DNA from: Planctomycetota bacterium | Lineage (GTDB): Bacteria; Planctomycetota; B15-G4 | DNA: 64,000 nt | Reading direction: 5' to 3' | Assembly (NCBI GenBank): GCA_052387675.1 | Contig: JBQTIY010000007.1 | Location: 68,691-132,690 of the forward strand | In this document: piece after piece, positions 18,202 to 26,559 of the stretch | Layout: each line of letters begins with the position of its first letter | How positions within the stretch are numbered: the stretch's first letter is position 1 | Notes under the pieces: model-generated | Seen by the model: the letters and a program-made list of their open reading frames with translations, nothing else | What the model was told of the DNA's origin: nothing | Database searches by the model: none | Program-made: the position numbers and the translations under genes

Positions 18202-19848
18202 ATGACGGACAAGGAGCAGTGGGGCACACGCGTCGGTCTGGTGCTGGCCATGGCCGGCAACGCAGTGGGCCTGGGCAACTTCCTGCGCTTCCCCGCGCAA
18301 GCCGCGCAGAACGGCGGCGGCGCCTTCATCATCCCCTACCTCGTGAGCTTCCTGCTCATGGGCATCCCGCTGCTCTGGGTGGAGTGGGCCATGGGCCGGC
18401 ACGGCGGGCAGCATGGCCACCACTCAGCGCCCGGCATGCTCGACGTGCTCGGCCGCGGCAAGTTCTGGAAGTACCTCGGCGTCTTCGGCCTCTTCACCAA
18501 CCTCGCCGTGGCGGCCTACTACTGTTACATCGAGAGCTGGACGCTGGGCTACGTCTGGTACTCGGTCTCACAGACTTTTTCGGGCATGGCGCCCGGTGAG
18601 GTCGCGCAGCACTTCACCAACTACATCGACGGAGCGCCTATCGGCCTGGCCAACTGGCCTTCCGTGGCGCTGGGCTTCTTCGCCGTCACGCTGGCGCTCA
18701 ATGTCTACATCCTCTCGCGCGGCCTAGCCAAGGGCATCGAGCTCGTGGCCAAGATCGGCATGCCGCTGCTGCTGGCCTTCGGCGCCTTCCTTGCTATCCG
18801 GGCGCTCACACTCGGCCCGGGAGTGGCCGGCGCGACGCACAGCGCCATGGAGGGTGTGAACTTCCTCTGGCAGCCGCAGTACCACGAGCTCGGCAACCCC
18901 AAGGTCTGGGTGGCCGCCGCGGGCCAGATCTTCTTCACGCTCTCGGTGGGCATGGGCACGATCCACTGCTACGCCTCCTACGTCGGAAAGGATCAGGACG
19001 TGGCGCTCAACGGCGCCTCGGCCGGCTGGATGAATGAGTTCGTCGAGGTGATCCTCGGCGCCTCGGTGGTCGTGCCGCTCGCGACGGCTTACCTCGGCCT
19101 GGACTGGGTCAAGGACAACGCCGGTCTCACGATGGCCTTCCGCACCATGCCGACGCTCTTCGAGAACTGGGGCCCCACGCTGGCCATGCTGGCCGGCACG
19201 ATGTGGTTTGGCTTGCTCTTCTTCGCCGGCATCACGAGTTCGCTGGCCATGGGCCAGCCGGTCATGGCCTTCCTGCAAGATGAGTTCGGCCACAGCCGGC
19301 GCAAGGCCGCAGTGCTCTTCGGCTTGGCCACCTTGCTGCTGGCCATCCCCTGTATTTTCTTTTTCAGCGCCGGAGCCTTCGACGAGTTCGACTGGTGGGC
19401 CGGCTCGGTGGCGCTGGTCATCTTCGCGCTGGCCGAAGCCATCCTCTTCGGCTGGGTCTTCGGCATCGACAAGGGCTGGGCCGAGATCACGCGCGGCGCG
19501 GACATTCGCGTACCGACCATCTTCAAGTTCGTGATCAAGTACGTGACGCCGCTCTTCCTCTTCGTCGTCTTTGCGGCCTACCTCGTGAAACCGATGGGCA
19601 ATGACTTTGCCGGGGCCTTCTCCAGCCTCACCAGCGGCACCGGCTGGCCGCTCGCGCCCGACGGCATCCTGGGTCAGATCTTCCGCGTCGGCGTGACGGA
19701 CTACACCTGGTTCGACGCCGCCGGCGAACCCACGCGCTACATGGTGCAGGACCTCACGCGCCTGCTGCTCATGCTCACCTTCCTCGGCCTGTGCCTCATG
19801 GTGAAGGTCGCTTGGAAACGTCGCGCCGCACGCGGGAGGCCGTCATGA
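18202..19848 (+). CDS. Sodium-dependent transporter, NSS (SNF) family
   Basis: The true start is MTDKEQWGTRVGLVLAMAGNAVGLGNFLRFP, the NSS TM1 signature. There are about 11-12 TM helices. The listed ORF start at 18025 is an upstream extension. Confidence 0.93.
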   Translation: MTDKEQWGTRVGLVLAMAGNAVGLGNFLRFPAQAAQNGGGAFIIPYLVSFLLMGIPLLWVEWAMGRHGGQHGHHSAPGMLDVLGRGKFWKYLGVFGLFTNLAVAAYYCYIESWTLGYVWYSVSQTFSGMAPGEVAQHFTNYIDGAPIGLANWPSVALGFFAVTLALNVYILSRGLAKGIELVAKIGMPLLLAFGAFLAIRALTLGPGVAGATHSAMEGVNFLWQPQYHELGNPKVWVAAAGQIFFTLSVGMGTIHCYASYVGKDQDVALNGASAGWMNEFVEVILGASVVVPLATAYLGLDWVKDNAGLTMAFRTMPTLFENWGPTLAMLAGTMWFGLLFFAGITSSLAMGQPVMAFLQDEFGHSRRKAAVLFGLATLLLAIPCIFFFSAGAFDEFDWWAGSVALVIFALAEAILFGWVFGIDKGWAEITRGADIRVPTIFKFVIKYVTPLFLFVVFAAYLVKPMGNDFAGAFSSLTSGTGWPLAPDGILGQIFRVGVTDYTWFDAAGEPTRYMVQDLTRLLLMLTFLGLCLMVKVAWKRRAARGRPS

Positions 19849-19976
19849 ATCCCCAAGATGCTGTCTCGCCCATGACGACCGAAGCCTGGACGTTCATGCT
19901 GGTGACCTGGAGCATCGTGGTCTTCTTCACCGTGAAGTTCTTCCTCAAGGTGCTGAAGACGCCGCCCAAGCCGTAG
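19845..19976 (+). CDS. MetS-like small single-TM subunit of the NSS transporter
   Basis: The 43-aa ORF has its ATG overlapping the NSS stop codon (ATGA). It has one TM helix (WTFMLVTWSIVVFFTVKFFL). The arrangement matches MetP/MetS-type pairs. Confidence 0.6.
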   Translation: MNPQDAVSPMTTEAWTFMLVTWSIVVFFTVKFFLKVLKTPPKP

Positions 19977-19984
19977 GGCGATGA

Positions 19985-20138
19985 GCGCTCAGTGCGCCCG
20001 CGGCGGGGGCTCGGCGGCGCCGCTCAGACACCTCGCCGACTCGGCCGATGCGGCCGAGAGGTCGGCTCGGAACTCGCGGTCCGCCGCCCCCCGCCGCGTC
20101 GCACACCGCTGCATGGGTGAAAGGCAATTGGCTGACGG
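19985..20138 (+). repeat. Structured intergenic repeat, copy R1
   Basis: The sequence is GCGCTCAGTGCGCCCGCGGCGGGGGCTCGGCGGCGCCGCTCAGACACCTCGCCGACTCGGCCGATGCGGCCGAGAGGTCGGCTCGGAACTCGCGG...CCCCCGCCGCGTCGCACACCGCTGCA plus a degenerate GGNGAAAGGCANTTGGC tail. It starts 8 nt after the MetS-like stop codon. Confidence 0.9.
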
Positions 20139-20237
20139 TGAGTGAACCGCCATCGACTCTGAAAGTCTCGGCGTGTCTCTCTGTTTCGCAGCGAACTGAA
20201 CTTCGCGAGGGAGGCCGAGCGAGTCAGGCCGCTGCGC

Positions 20238-21221
20238 TCAGGGCGTTGTGCCGCGCATGGCGTTGCTGGCGGCCAGGCCGAAGGGCGCGCCGGAGTCGGT
20301 GATCCAGTGCTGGAAGTAGAGACTCAGGCCTGAGGGCAGGCCGGCTGGCCACGCGGAGTTCAGCACGACCTGTCCCGTGGCGCCCGTGGGCAGTCCGGCG
20401 ATCAGGATGTCGGGCTGCGGCACAAGCACGCCGCCCTTGAAGGGCGCGTTGAGCGCTCCCAGCCCGACGATGAGCGTCGAGCTGCTGCCCGTTCGCGCGT
20501 TCTGCAACGAAAGCTGCACATTGCTGCCCGAGGTCAGCGGCCCCCAGCACGAAAGCACCGGCAGGCCCTGCAGGCCGCCCAGTGCGTTGCCGAGATTCGC
20601 CCAGACTGTGCTCGAGATGCGCGCGTTGTCTGCGCCCACCTGCCAAATGTCGAAGATGAAGAAGTTCGTCGGGTCGCCGTAGAAGAAGCGGACCTCGCTC
20701 ACGTTGGTGATGACATTGTTCCAAGCGACGTTGGGCCCGGCGCAGCCGTTGAGCACGGCCCAACCCGGCGGCATGACGGTGCTCTGCGAAGGCACCGCAA
20801 AGTCGAAGCTCTTCCAGCCGGCACCCGGCTGCGGCACTTGCTCGGTGCCAAGGAAGTACACCTGGCAGCCACCGCCGGAGAGGATGAGCGCGAGCGGCCG
20901 CGCCGCCGGGAACTGCGTGGACACTGTGAGTAGGTCCACACCGACCGAGTCCACGCCGTTGGCGCGGAAGTTGCCCGAGAAGGGCGAGCCGGCGCCCGTC
21001 GTGCGGAGCTGCGGCGCGAAGGTATCCACCGAGCTGAACATGTACGCGGCCGGGTTGCCGCCACTCGTCGGGAACGTCGCGGGCGGTCCGTAGGTCCAGC
21101 CGCCGGTGTTCACGGCGAACTCGAAACCGACGACAACTCCGCCGGCCTGCACCGACGGCGAGAGGGCTGCGCCGAGCGCAACGGTGAGAGCCAATGACGT
21201 GACCGCAGTGATGATCTTCAT
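20238..21221 (-). CDS. Secreted protein: unknown N-terminal domain plus shared ~115-aa C-terminal module
   Basis: I prefer the start at ATG 21221, which gives the signal peptide MKIITAVTSLALTVALGAALSPSVQA. The listed upstream extension runs through repeat R2. The C-terminus (...PFKGGVLVPQPD...WPAGLPSGLSLYFQHWITDSGAPFGLAASNAMRGTTP) is homologous to the C-termini of the genes at 48122, 49830 and 58771. Confidence 0.7.
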   Translation of the reverse strand: MKIITAVTSLALTVALGAALSPSVQAGGVVVGFEFAVNTGGWTYGPPATFPTSGGNPAAYMFSSVDTFAPQLRTTGAGSPFSGNFRANGVDSVGVDLLTVSTQFPAARPLALILSGGGCQVYFLGTEQVPQPGAGWKSFDFAVPSQSTVMPPGWAVLNGCAGPNVAWNNVITNVSEVRFFYGDPTNFFIFDIWQVGADNARISSTVWANLGNALGGLQGLPVLSCWGPLTSGSNVQLSLQNARTGSSSTLIVGLGALNAPFKGGVLVPQPDILIAGLPTGATGQVVLNSAWPAGLPSGLSLYFQHWITDSGAPFGLAASNAMRGTTP

Positions 21222-21264
21222 GCCGCCCAGGCTAGGGGCGATCCTCAAATCCGTCAATCGATAG

Positions 21265-21415
21265 GCGCACAGTGCGCCCGCGGCGGGGGCTCGGCGGTGC
21301 CGCTCAGACACCTCGCCGACTCGGCCGAGGCGGCCGAGAGGTCGGCTCGGAACTCGCGGCACACCGACACCCCGCCGCGTCGCACACCGCTGCAATTTTT
21401 GGAAGGCAGTCGCAG
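21265..21415 (+). repeat. Structured intergenic repeat, copy R2
   Basis: Same family and orientation as R1. The central hairpin loop is AGG instead of ATG. It lies 43 nt upstream of the start codon of the minus-strand gene at 21221. Confidence 0.9.
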
Positions 21416-21629
21416 TTTGCTCAGCCAATGACTGAAGGCGAATTGCTGAGGCGATCGCTGTGCCGCTGATCGGGCGCAGCGCCGCGGCGACTCCTGGGGG
21501 ATGCGTAGCCGGGCCTCCACAGCGCATCGCCACCGAGTTTGTGCGATCGCAGGAGCAGTGCTAGGGCGATCGCGAGGACAGACCGGCGAAGCTCCCCCAG
21601 GTCGCCGCAGAGCGGAGCCCCTAGCGGCC

Positions 21630-24600
21630 TTAGTTCTTCGAGACCGGCTTGCTGCCGCCGGCGCTCTCCATGTGGCGCAGATAGTGCTGCAACTCGCGCG
21701 CGGCCTCGGCCCAGTCGTCGATGAAGGGCTTGTACTGGCCGTCCTTCTGCTCGCCGAGGAAGGACGGCATCTTGGTGCCGGGCGAGAGACTCTGCGGATC
21801 GGCCAGCCAATCGCGCACCCAGGCGTTCTTCAGGCGCTTGGCGGCCAGCGAGAGATCCGGACCCCAGTTGGCCTTGTCGGGGTTGCTGGGCACCTGCGTT
21901 CCCGCCGGGTGGCAGGAGTTGCACTGGAACTTGCTGAAGCGCTGCTGACCCGCGTCGAGCAAGTCGGCATCGGCCACGGGATCGTCATCCAGGCTGAAGG
22001 GCCAGGGCTGACGCGCCTGCTCCGCAAACCAGCGCACCAGCGCCAGCGACTGCTCCTGCGTGAAGCCGAAGGTGGGCATGCGGACGTCGAGGTGCGTGCG
22101 CACGATGTAGGGCGCCACCAAGAACTGGAAGAGCCAGTCGGCGTTCACCTTGGCGCCCTCGCCGCGCAGATTCGGCGGCTGCATGGCAGGCTCTTCGATG
22201 AAGTTGCCGATCACGCCCTCGCCCTGGCCGTGCACCAGCAGCGGGCCCTCGGGCGCGTGCTCCTCGAAGAACTCGAGCGTGTCGGCGTCCTCTTCTTCCC
22301 AGGGATCGTAGATCTCGTCGCGCAGCCAAGCGCCCGCAGCGAGCACTTCGCGCCCGCCGGCGCGCACCGGCGCGGCCATCCAATGGTTGGCGGAGACGCT
22401 GTCCTCGTCGAGCGAGGCCAGCGGCGCGGCGATGTGCCCGATCTGGTGGCAGCCGGTGCAGTTGCGCTCAGTAATCAAGCGGCTGGCCGTCTCGATCTGC
22501 CGCTCATCCACGCTCAGCCGGCGCTTCATCGAGCTGTCGATGCCGTCCTCACGCAGGCCCACCAGGAACTGCGTCACGAGGGCAACTTCGCGCTCGCTCA
22601 GGCCGAAGTTCGGCATCTTGAGCTTGTCGCCCGGGGCCTTGACCTTCTGGTCGTAGCGCACGATGTGCGCATCGCCGTGCGCGCCAGCGACCACCGGCAT
22701 CCGATCAAAGATGCGCGGGTCGCGGAGCTTGGCGGCGTACCAGTCGTGCCGCGTGTAAGGCATGCGCTCCGGGTTGTGCGGCGAGGCCTCAAAGCCGAAG
22801 TCGAACTTGGAGAGTTCCTTGAGCGACTCCTTGGTGAGCTCCGTGCCGATGCCCATGTCGGACTCGTGGCCCGGCACGATGTGACAGCCGGCGCAGCCGT
22901 TGCGATTGAAGAGCTTCTCGCCGACGTAGTGCTCGACCTTGGCCGTGCCGCCCTCGGCACGCCAAGCCGCCACCTGCTGACGGGCATAGGCGTCACTGGA
23001 GGTGGGCGCGAGGTACTCGGCCGCGATGGCATCGAGCAGCGCATCGTCGCTCTTCGGCTGGGGCAGCGCCTCCCACTCCGGATCGCGCCCTTCCTTCAGA
23101 TAGGCCGCGATGTCCCAGGCCTCTTGCTCGCTGAGGCGCAGGTTGGGCATGACCGTGCCCTGGAAGTAGTGCCGCGGCTCGCGCAGCCAATCGTAGAGCC
23201 AGCGCTCGCTCACCTTGCTGCCCATCTTGGAGAGATCGGGGCCGTGGTTTGAGGCCACTTCCACCTTGATCTCGTCGCGAGCCATCGAGTGGCAGCCCAG
23301 ACAGCCGCGCTGCTCGAACAGCTCGTGGCCGCGCTCAGCGTTGGCGGCGGTGCTGGGCGGCGCGGCCGGCGCATAACCGGTCTTGGTCAACGCCTCACGC
23401 GACTGGCCGAACAAATAGGCCACGACGGCGCGCGCCTCCACGTCATTGCGCAGGCGCCAATCGGTCACGAAGGCATCGGCGTTGTTGTTCCAAGGTACGT
23501 CGCCGCCCATGGCCGCGCCGGTGTTGCTCTGGTTCCAGAAGTGCGGCATGCGCGTCGTGGGCCGGAAGCCGCGCGGATCGAGCACCCACTTGTTGGTCCA
23601 TTCGGGCGTGGTCTTGGCGGCCAAGTTCGTGAGATCCGGGCCCGGCTTGCGCAGGTGCTCGAAGCCCTGAATCTTGTGACAGCCGTAGCAGCCCAGCGTC
23701 TCGACCAAGTCGCGCGACTCGTTGTATTCCGGCACGCCCTGAATGCGATCGGTCTCCTGATGGCACTGGAAGCAGGAGCTGTAGACCTGGTCGCTGCGCG
23801 TCATCGGCCAGTCCCAGTAGTGGCGATGGCTGTCGTAGCCGTAGTCGGCCGTCCAGCGCGCTTCCTTCTGGGCGATGGTCTCGTGTTCGTCGGGCGAGGG
23901 CACGTGGAAGGTGCGCGGGAACTCCACCGCTTGGCCGCGGCCCAGGTGGCAGCTCGTGCAGCCGAACTCGTTCTTGGGATGCGGCGAGTTGTCGCCCACG
24001 AAGAGATCGAGGCGCGGGTGCGCCATGAAGACGCGCTTGCCGGGCTGGTCGTAGCTCTCGGCGGCGAAGGCCGGGTCGTCGATGCTCACGTGGCAGGTCG
24101 TGCAGCGATCGACCTTGCCCACGTACATGAAGTTGTAGTTGTCCTTGAGCTTGTCGAGGACGATCTGGTCGACCTTGAGCGTGGGCGCCAGCATGTCGGC
24201 GATGGGCGCGTTGCGGATGTAGTCGTTGAAGAGGTTGTGGTCGATCTTGGCCACGCGCGCCGCCGTGAGGTCGCGGTCCTCGGTGAGCGCCGTGCGCTCC
24301 TTCTCCAGAGACACGACCGCGGCCTCCAGACCGGCAATCTCGGCCTTGACAGCTTCCAGCGCGATGTTGCTTTCGTCGGCCTCGCCCTGGCGCGCGGTGA
24401 GCGTGGCCTGGCGGACGGCCAGATCGGCCTGCGAGGCCTGAAGCCCGGCCGAGTCGCTGCCGTGTGACAGGCGCAGCTCTTCGAAGGCGTAGCGCGCCGC
24501 GTCGAACTCCGACTTAGCGAACTGGAAGAGCTGATTCTTGCGGTAGTACTCGCCCTCGAGCTGCTCGCGGCGCGTCTGCAGTTCCGCGCGCTTTTCGGCC

Positions 24601-25403
24601 TGGGCTTCGAGCGAGGCGCGTGCCGCGGCGAGTTCGCGATCCAGAGCCTCGAGCCGGGCGTTGTCCAGCGCCGCGTCGGCAGCGGCCAACTGCTCCTTGC
24701 CCATGGCGATCTTGATCTCGCGGTGCTCGCTCTGGAATCCCTTCCAGTCGCGGCTGTAGTCGCGCCAGAGCATCCACAGCACCATGACCACCAGCAGTGC
24801 GCTGGCGATGCTGAACCACTTGCCCAGCGAGGCGCCGTCGTAGAGGCGGTCTTCGCCGAAAGCGGTGCGATCGATGGGCTGCACCGGGAAGATGGCCTTG
24901 CCGCCTTTGACTGCGGGCTTGGCCGCGGCCTTGGCGGCGGCGCCTGCTGTGGCGCCGGACGCTGCCGCCGCGGCGGCCGGGGCCGTGGCGCCCTTGCCTG
25001 ATTCCATCTTGGCCTTGAGTGCCGCGATGCGCGCGGCCATCTCGGCTTCGCCGCCGCCCGCAGCGCCCGCGGACGCCGCAGCCGCAGGAGTCGCCGAGCG
25101 CGCCGCCGCGCCAGCCGCCGGAGCCGTCGCGCCCGCACCGGCCGCCGCACCGCCCGCTGCGCCGCCCATCTTGGATTTGATCGCCGCGATGCGCGCGGCC
25201 ATGTCGCCGCCCGCTGCTCCGCCGGCCGCTGCTCCGCCGGCCGCTGCGCCGCCGCCCGCTGCCGCGCCGGCGCTCGCCGCCGGCTGAGCCGCTGCGGCGC
25301 CCGCGGGCGCGCTCGACGCTGCGCCCGCCGCCCCGCCCGTCATTTGGGCGCGAATGGCCGCGATCCGCGCAGCAATCTCCGGCGGTACCTGTCCGTTGCT
25401 CAT
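21630..25403 (-). CDS. Membrane-anchored octaheme c-type cytochrome (cytochrome c subunit of the Rieske/cyt b complex)
   Basis: There are eight CxxCH motifs: CTTCH, CTSCH, CFQCH, CYGCH, CLGCH, CAGCH, CTGCH and CNSCH. An N-terminal Ala/Gly-rich region is followed by one TM helix (WFSIASALLVVMVLWMLW) and a coiled-coil segment of roughly 170-180 aa. It is the last gene of the Rieske/cyt b operon. Confidence 0.9.
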   Translation of the reverse strand: MSNGQVPPEIAARIAAIRAQMTGGAAGAASSAPAGAAAAQPAASAGAAAGGGAAAGGAAAGGAAGGDMAARIAAIKSKMGGAAGGAAAGAGATAPAAGAAARSATPAAAASAGAAGGGEAEMAARIAALKAKMESGKGATAPAAAAAASGATAGAAAKAAAKPAVKGGKAIFPVQPIDRTAFGEDRLYDGASLGKWFSIASALLVVMVLWMLWRDYSRDWKGFQSEHREIKIAMGKEQLAAADAALDNARLEALDRELAAARASLEAQAEKRAELQTRREQLEGEYYRKNQLFQFAKSEFDAARYAFEELRLSHGSDSAGLQASQADLAVRQATLTARQGEADESNIALEAVKAEIAGLEAAVVSLEKERTALTEDRDLTAARVAKIDHNLFNDYIRNAPIADMLAPTLKVDQIVLDKLKDNYNFMYVGKVDRCTTCHVSIDDPAFAAESYDQPGKRVFMAHPRLDLFVGDNSPHPKNEFGCTSCHLGRGQAVEFPRTFHVPSPDEHETIAQKEARWTADYGYDSHRHYWDWPMTRSDQVYSSCFQCHQETDRIQGVPEYNESRDLVETLGCYGCHKIQGFEHLRKPGPDLTNLAAKTTPEWTNKWVLDPRGFRPTTRMPHFWNQSNTGAAMGGDVPWNNNADAFVTDWRLRNDVEARAVVAYLFGQSREALTKTGYAPAAPPSTAANAERGHELFEQRGCLGCHSMARDEIKVEVASNHGPDLSKMGSKVSERWLYDWLREPRHYFQGTVMPNLRLSEQEAWDIAAYLKEGRDPEWEALPQPKSDDALLDAIAAEYLAPTSSDAYARQQVAAWRAEGGTAKVEHYVGEKLFNRNGCAGCHIVPGHESDMGIGTELTKESLKELSKFDFGFEASPHNPERMPYTRHDWYAAKLRDPRIFDRMPVVAGAHGDAHIVRYDQKVKAPGDKLKMPNFGLSEREVALVTQFLVGLREDGIDSSMKRRLSVDERQIETASRLITERNCTGCHQIGHIAAPLASLDEDSVSANHWMAAPVRAGGREVLAAGAWLRDEIYDPWEEEDADTLEFFEEHAPEGPLLVHGQGEGVIGNFIEEPAMQPPNLRGEGAKVNADWLFQFLVAPYIVRTHLDVRMPTFGFTQEQSLALVRWFAEQARQPWPFSLDDDPVADADLLDAGQQRFSKFQCNSCHPAGTQVPSNPDKANWGPDLSLAAKRLKNAWVRDWLADPQSLSPGTKMPSFLGEQKDGQYKPFIDDWAEAARELQHYLRHMESAGGSKPVSKN

Positions 25404-25458
25404 GGCTCGTGGGTCTCGGTCGTCGTCTCGTGGAGGCGCGGGAATGCCGCGCCGGCGT

Positions 25459-26538
25459 TCAGATGTTGAAGAAGAACTCGGGGATCGCGATCAGGTACTT
25501 CATGTTCATGGTCCAGCGCAGCAGCATCTTCCCGGGCAGCATCGCCATGAAGAGCAGCAGCATGGCCATCACGCTGTAGCGGGCGAAGCCCATCTGCTGA
25601 AAGAACTTCTTGAGCAGGGTCTTGGCGAGCAGGCCGGGCACGATTACGAAGTAAGCCGCCAGCAGCAGGAAGCCCGGCGCCTCGCGCACCAGAATGTTGT
25701 CGGGCAGGCGCGTGTCGAGCCAGCGCACCCAGACATACTCCGACAAGTTCACGTTGACCAGTGGTTCGACCTTGTGCGGATCCCAGTACTCAAAGGGTCC
25801 GAAGAAGTTCCAGTTCGGTCCGCGCAGGAAGGTGCCCAGGATGACCAGCGCCACCCACAGCACCAGGAAGCCGAACAAGAACATGGAGATCGCGAACTTG
25901 CGCTCCTTGAAGGTGTAGTAGCCATTGCCCTTGGGATTGACGTCGATGTAGGGAATGGCCATGAGGCCGATGAGGATGAAGGTGGGCAGGAGCACGCCCG
26001 CGAACCAAGGGTCGTAATAGACCAGCATTTCCTGCAGGCCCAGGAAGTACCAAGGCGCCTTGGCCGGGTTCGGCGCGCGCGTGCCCGAGGCCGGCTCTTC
26101 GAGAGGCGCCTCGACCTGGATGGCCCACCAGATGAAGGCCGCCGAGAGCAGCACCGTGAGGATGAACTCGGGGAAGATCAGGTCCGGCCAAACGAGGACC
26201 TTCTTGTTGCTCTCGAGCGCCTCCATGGGCGGCTCGCCCTTCTCGATGCGCATGTCATTGACCACCGCCTGGCGCAGCCCCAGATAGAGGCAGCCCATGA
26301 GCGCGAAGATCATGATCACGATGGGCATGTTGTCGCCCTTCGTGATGATCAGCAGGAAGTCGTGGTTCTGCGCGCCGACGAAGAAGAAGGCCGCCGTGCC
26401 GATGGCAATACAGGCCATGACCGCCGGCCGGAAGATGAGCCGCGGCTTCCAGATCACGAGCAGGAAGGCCAGCGTGGCCAGAGCCATGAAGGGCTCCGGC
26501 GCCGCCAGCGCATTGATGATCTTCTCGAAGGTTTCCAC
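25459..26538 (-). CDS. Cytochrome b C-terminal subunit (subunit IV-like, extended)
   Basis: This polytopic membrane protein contains APWYFLGLQEMLVYYDPW, a PEWY-type Qo-site motif region. It follows the b6-like gene by 21 nt. Confidence 0.85.
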   Translation of the reverse strand: METFEKIINALAAPEPFMALATLAFLLVIWKPRLIFRPAVMACIAIGTAAFFFVGAQNHDFLLIITKGDNMPIVIMIFALMGCLYLGLRQAVVNDMRIEKGEPPMEALESNKKVLVWPDLIFPEFILTVLLSAAFIWWAIQVEAPLEEPASGTRAPNPAKAPWYFLGLQEMLVYYDPWFAGVLLPTFILIGLMAIPYIDVNPKGNGYYTFKERKFAISMFLFGFLVLWVALVILGTFLRGPNWNFFGPFEYWDPHKVEPLVNVNLSEYVWVRWLDTRLPDNILVREAPGFLLLAAYFVIVPGLLAKTLLKKFFQQMGFARYSVMAMLLLFMAMLPGKMLLRWTMNMKYLIAIPEFFFNI

Positions 26539-26559
26539 TCAGGGTTCCTCGCTCGCGGC

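Noticed and set aside
21449-21575. There are three GCGATCGC octamers (HIP1-like palindromes) within about 130 nt of the intergenic region downstream of the cytochrome c gene.
   Set aside because: The octamer also occurs sporadically inside genes elsewhere in the window, for example near 32530 and 37578. It is not unexpected in about 70% GC DNA, and I could not build a consistent larger repeat or structure around the three sites.
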